Assembly (NCBI RefSeq): GCF_964204645.1
Contig: NC_134025.1
Span: 3,100,001 to 3,164,000, forward strand
DNA: 64,000 bases
Reading direction: 5' to 3'
Source: Tubulanus polymorphus
Lineage: Eukaryota; Animalia; Nemertea
In this document: one piece after another, positions 62,654 to 64,000 of the stretch
Position numbering within the stretch: position 1 is the stretch's first letter
How the letters are laid out: every line of letters starts with the position of its first letter
Program-made: the position numbers and the translations under genes
Notes under the pieces: model-generated
What the model was told of the DNA's origin: nothing
Databases searched by the model: none
Seen by the model: the letters and a program-made list of their open reading frames with translations, nothing else

Positions 62654-63671
62654 ATGTTGAATTATATCGTCATCGGGCTGTTGGTCGGGTTTGCAAATGC
62701 GGGCATGTATGTGAAGAACTGTGATGGTCAGTATACTAATGAGTCAAGAAGTGATTTGAAAATTGTTTCGTCGATATCGATATATCAATACATTGTTCAA
62801 ACAGATTGTCACATAGCTAAGTGAAAAATTACAAATCTATATGAAACTCATTTCATCCATTTTTCGATTGATTTTATTATTTTGTAGTATTTATTTGTTC
62901 TGTAAAATTAGAAATTATTGAATAGGCCTATAATGATAGAACTGTGATAAATTTCAGAAAATAGACTTACTGACGGATAACTCATTGACACATATATATT
63001 TTGTAGGGAGTCAAAATAAACTGATTGACTTTACAAAAGTTAGTATTACACCCCATCCTATCAAGTTTCCGGGTAGATTGAACATCGACGCGTTAGCAAC
63101 TGTAAATAGGGAAATAGGCGGTCAGATCGATGTCAAAGTGTCATTAAAGAGGAAAGTTTGGTTCGCTTGGGTTCCCATACCATGCATAAAAGAGATCGGG
63201 TCATGGTAAGAATCGCTGATTTACAGGATAAAAGTCGATACAACTGCCAGGAAATTTTAGATGATTCTACATTTCGTTTCAGCGAATACAAAGATATTTG
63301 TTCGCGATTGAAACAGTTTAGTTGTCCCCCTGAAGTCGTTGAACAGGGAATTCAATGCCACTGTCCTTTCAAAAAAGGCCCGATGAGTTTTAACATGGAC
63401 AACATCATTGTACCTTCAATCCCAACAGGTCTGGGGTTACTTGCTGACGTAAGAGATCATATTTTCTATCAAACTTTGTCACATTCAATCAGTATAACAC
63501 TTCATGTATACACTAACAGAGATACTAAACGACAAACTTCGCAAATCTGCTTTTCCCAAGGACACAGTTTTCATTTTCTATTTTCAGGGTCAGTATTATG
63601 CTAAAGCTCGCATCATGGCCGACGGAGTTGAAATCGGTTGTATCGAAGCGGAAGTAGGACTTGACTCTTAA
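62654..63671 (+). CDS. GM2-activator-like ML-domain protein 3 (recent duplicate of gene 2)
   Basis: Near-identical to 58992-60012, including introns. Confidence 0.85.
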
Positions 63672-64000
63672 ATGACGACGACTACTTCGATATCTGATGC
63701 TCGATATCTTAAGCAAATGATAGCTTATGTCTACAAAAAACATGTTTTTCATTTGAGAAAGAAACAAATGGATTTTGTCAACAAAATATGAATTTATTCT
63801 TATGAGTTCTTCATATGTGCAATTCATTTTTCTTTATCGTTTATAATCTTAGCATACTGTGGCTTATGAATAGTAGCTTATATATTTTTTTCACCCAGAT
63901 AATCTTGTTCTATCGATTTGAAATCATTCTGTCCTCGGCAGAATTTTAGTGCACGCGTTAATCACGGCCTATTAAATAGTTATCTCTACAATCATTTAAT

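Overview
Eukaryotic, AT-rich, compact-intron genomic DNA from a marine invertebrate (probably spiralian; the taxon is inferred, not shown). Gene order: decayed LINE and palindromic non-autonomous DNA transposons; NT5C3 (+); NOLC1/Nopp140 (-), whose last intron holds seven tandem box C/D snoRNAs of the SNORD57/snR51 type; CFAP47 (-) head-to-head with DNAJB13 (+) across an RFX/FOX promoter; an unannotated five-exon secreted protein with the fold pattern and 1-0-0-0 intron phases of a long-chain four-helix cytokine (+); an intronless ADAM10-like gene (-) inside a triplicated [secreted PAN-domain gene + ADAM] segment; an EFCAB6-like gene (+); a duplicated cluster of GM2-activator/ML-domain genes with an intronless peptide-type GPCR. 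The best leads are the candidate IL-6/GH-type cytokine and the polycistronic intronic snoRNA array with covarying terminal stems. Exon boundaries were read by eye, family assignments come from recalled motifs, and no database searches were run.
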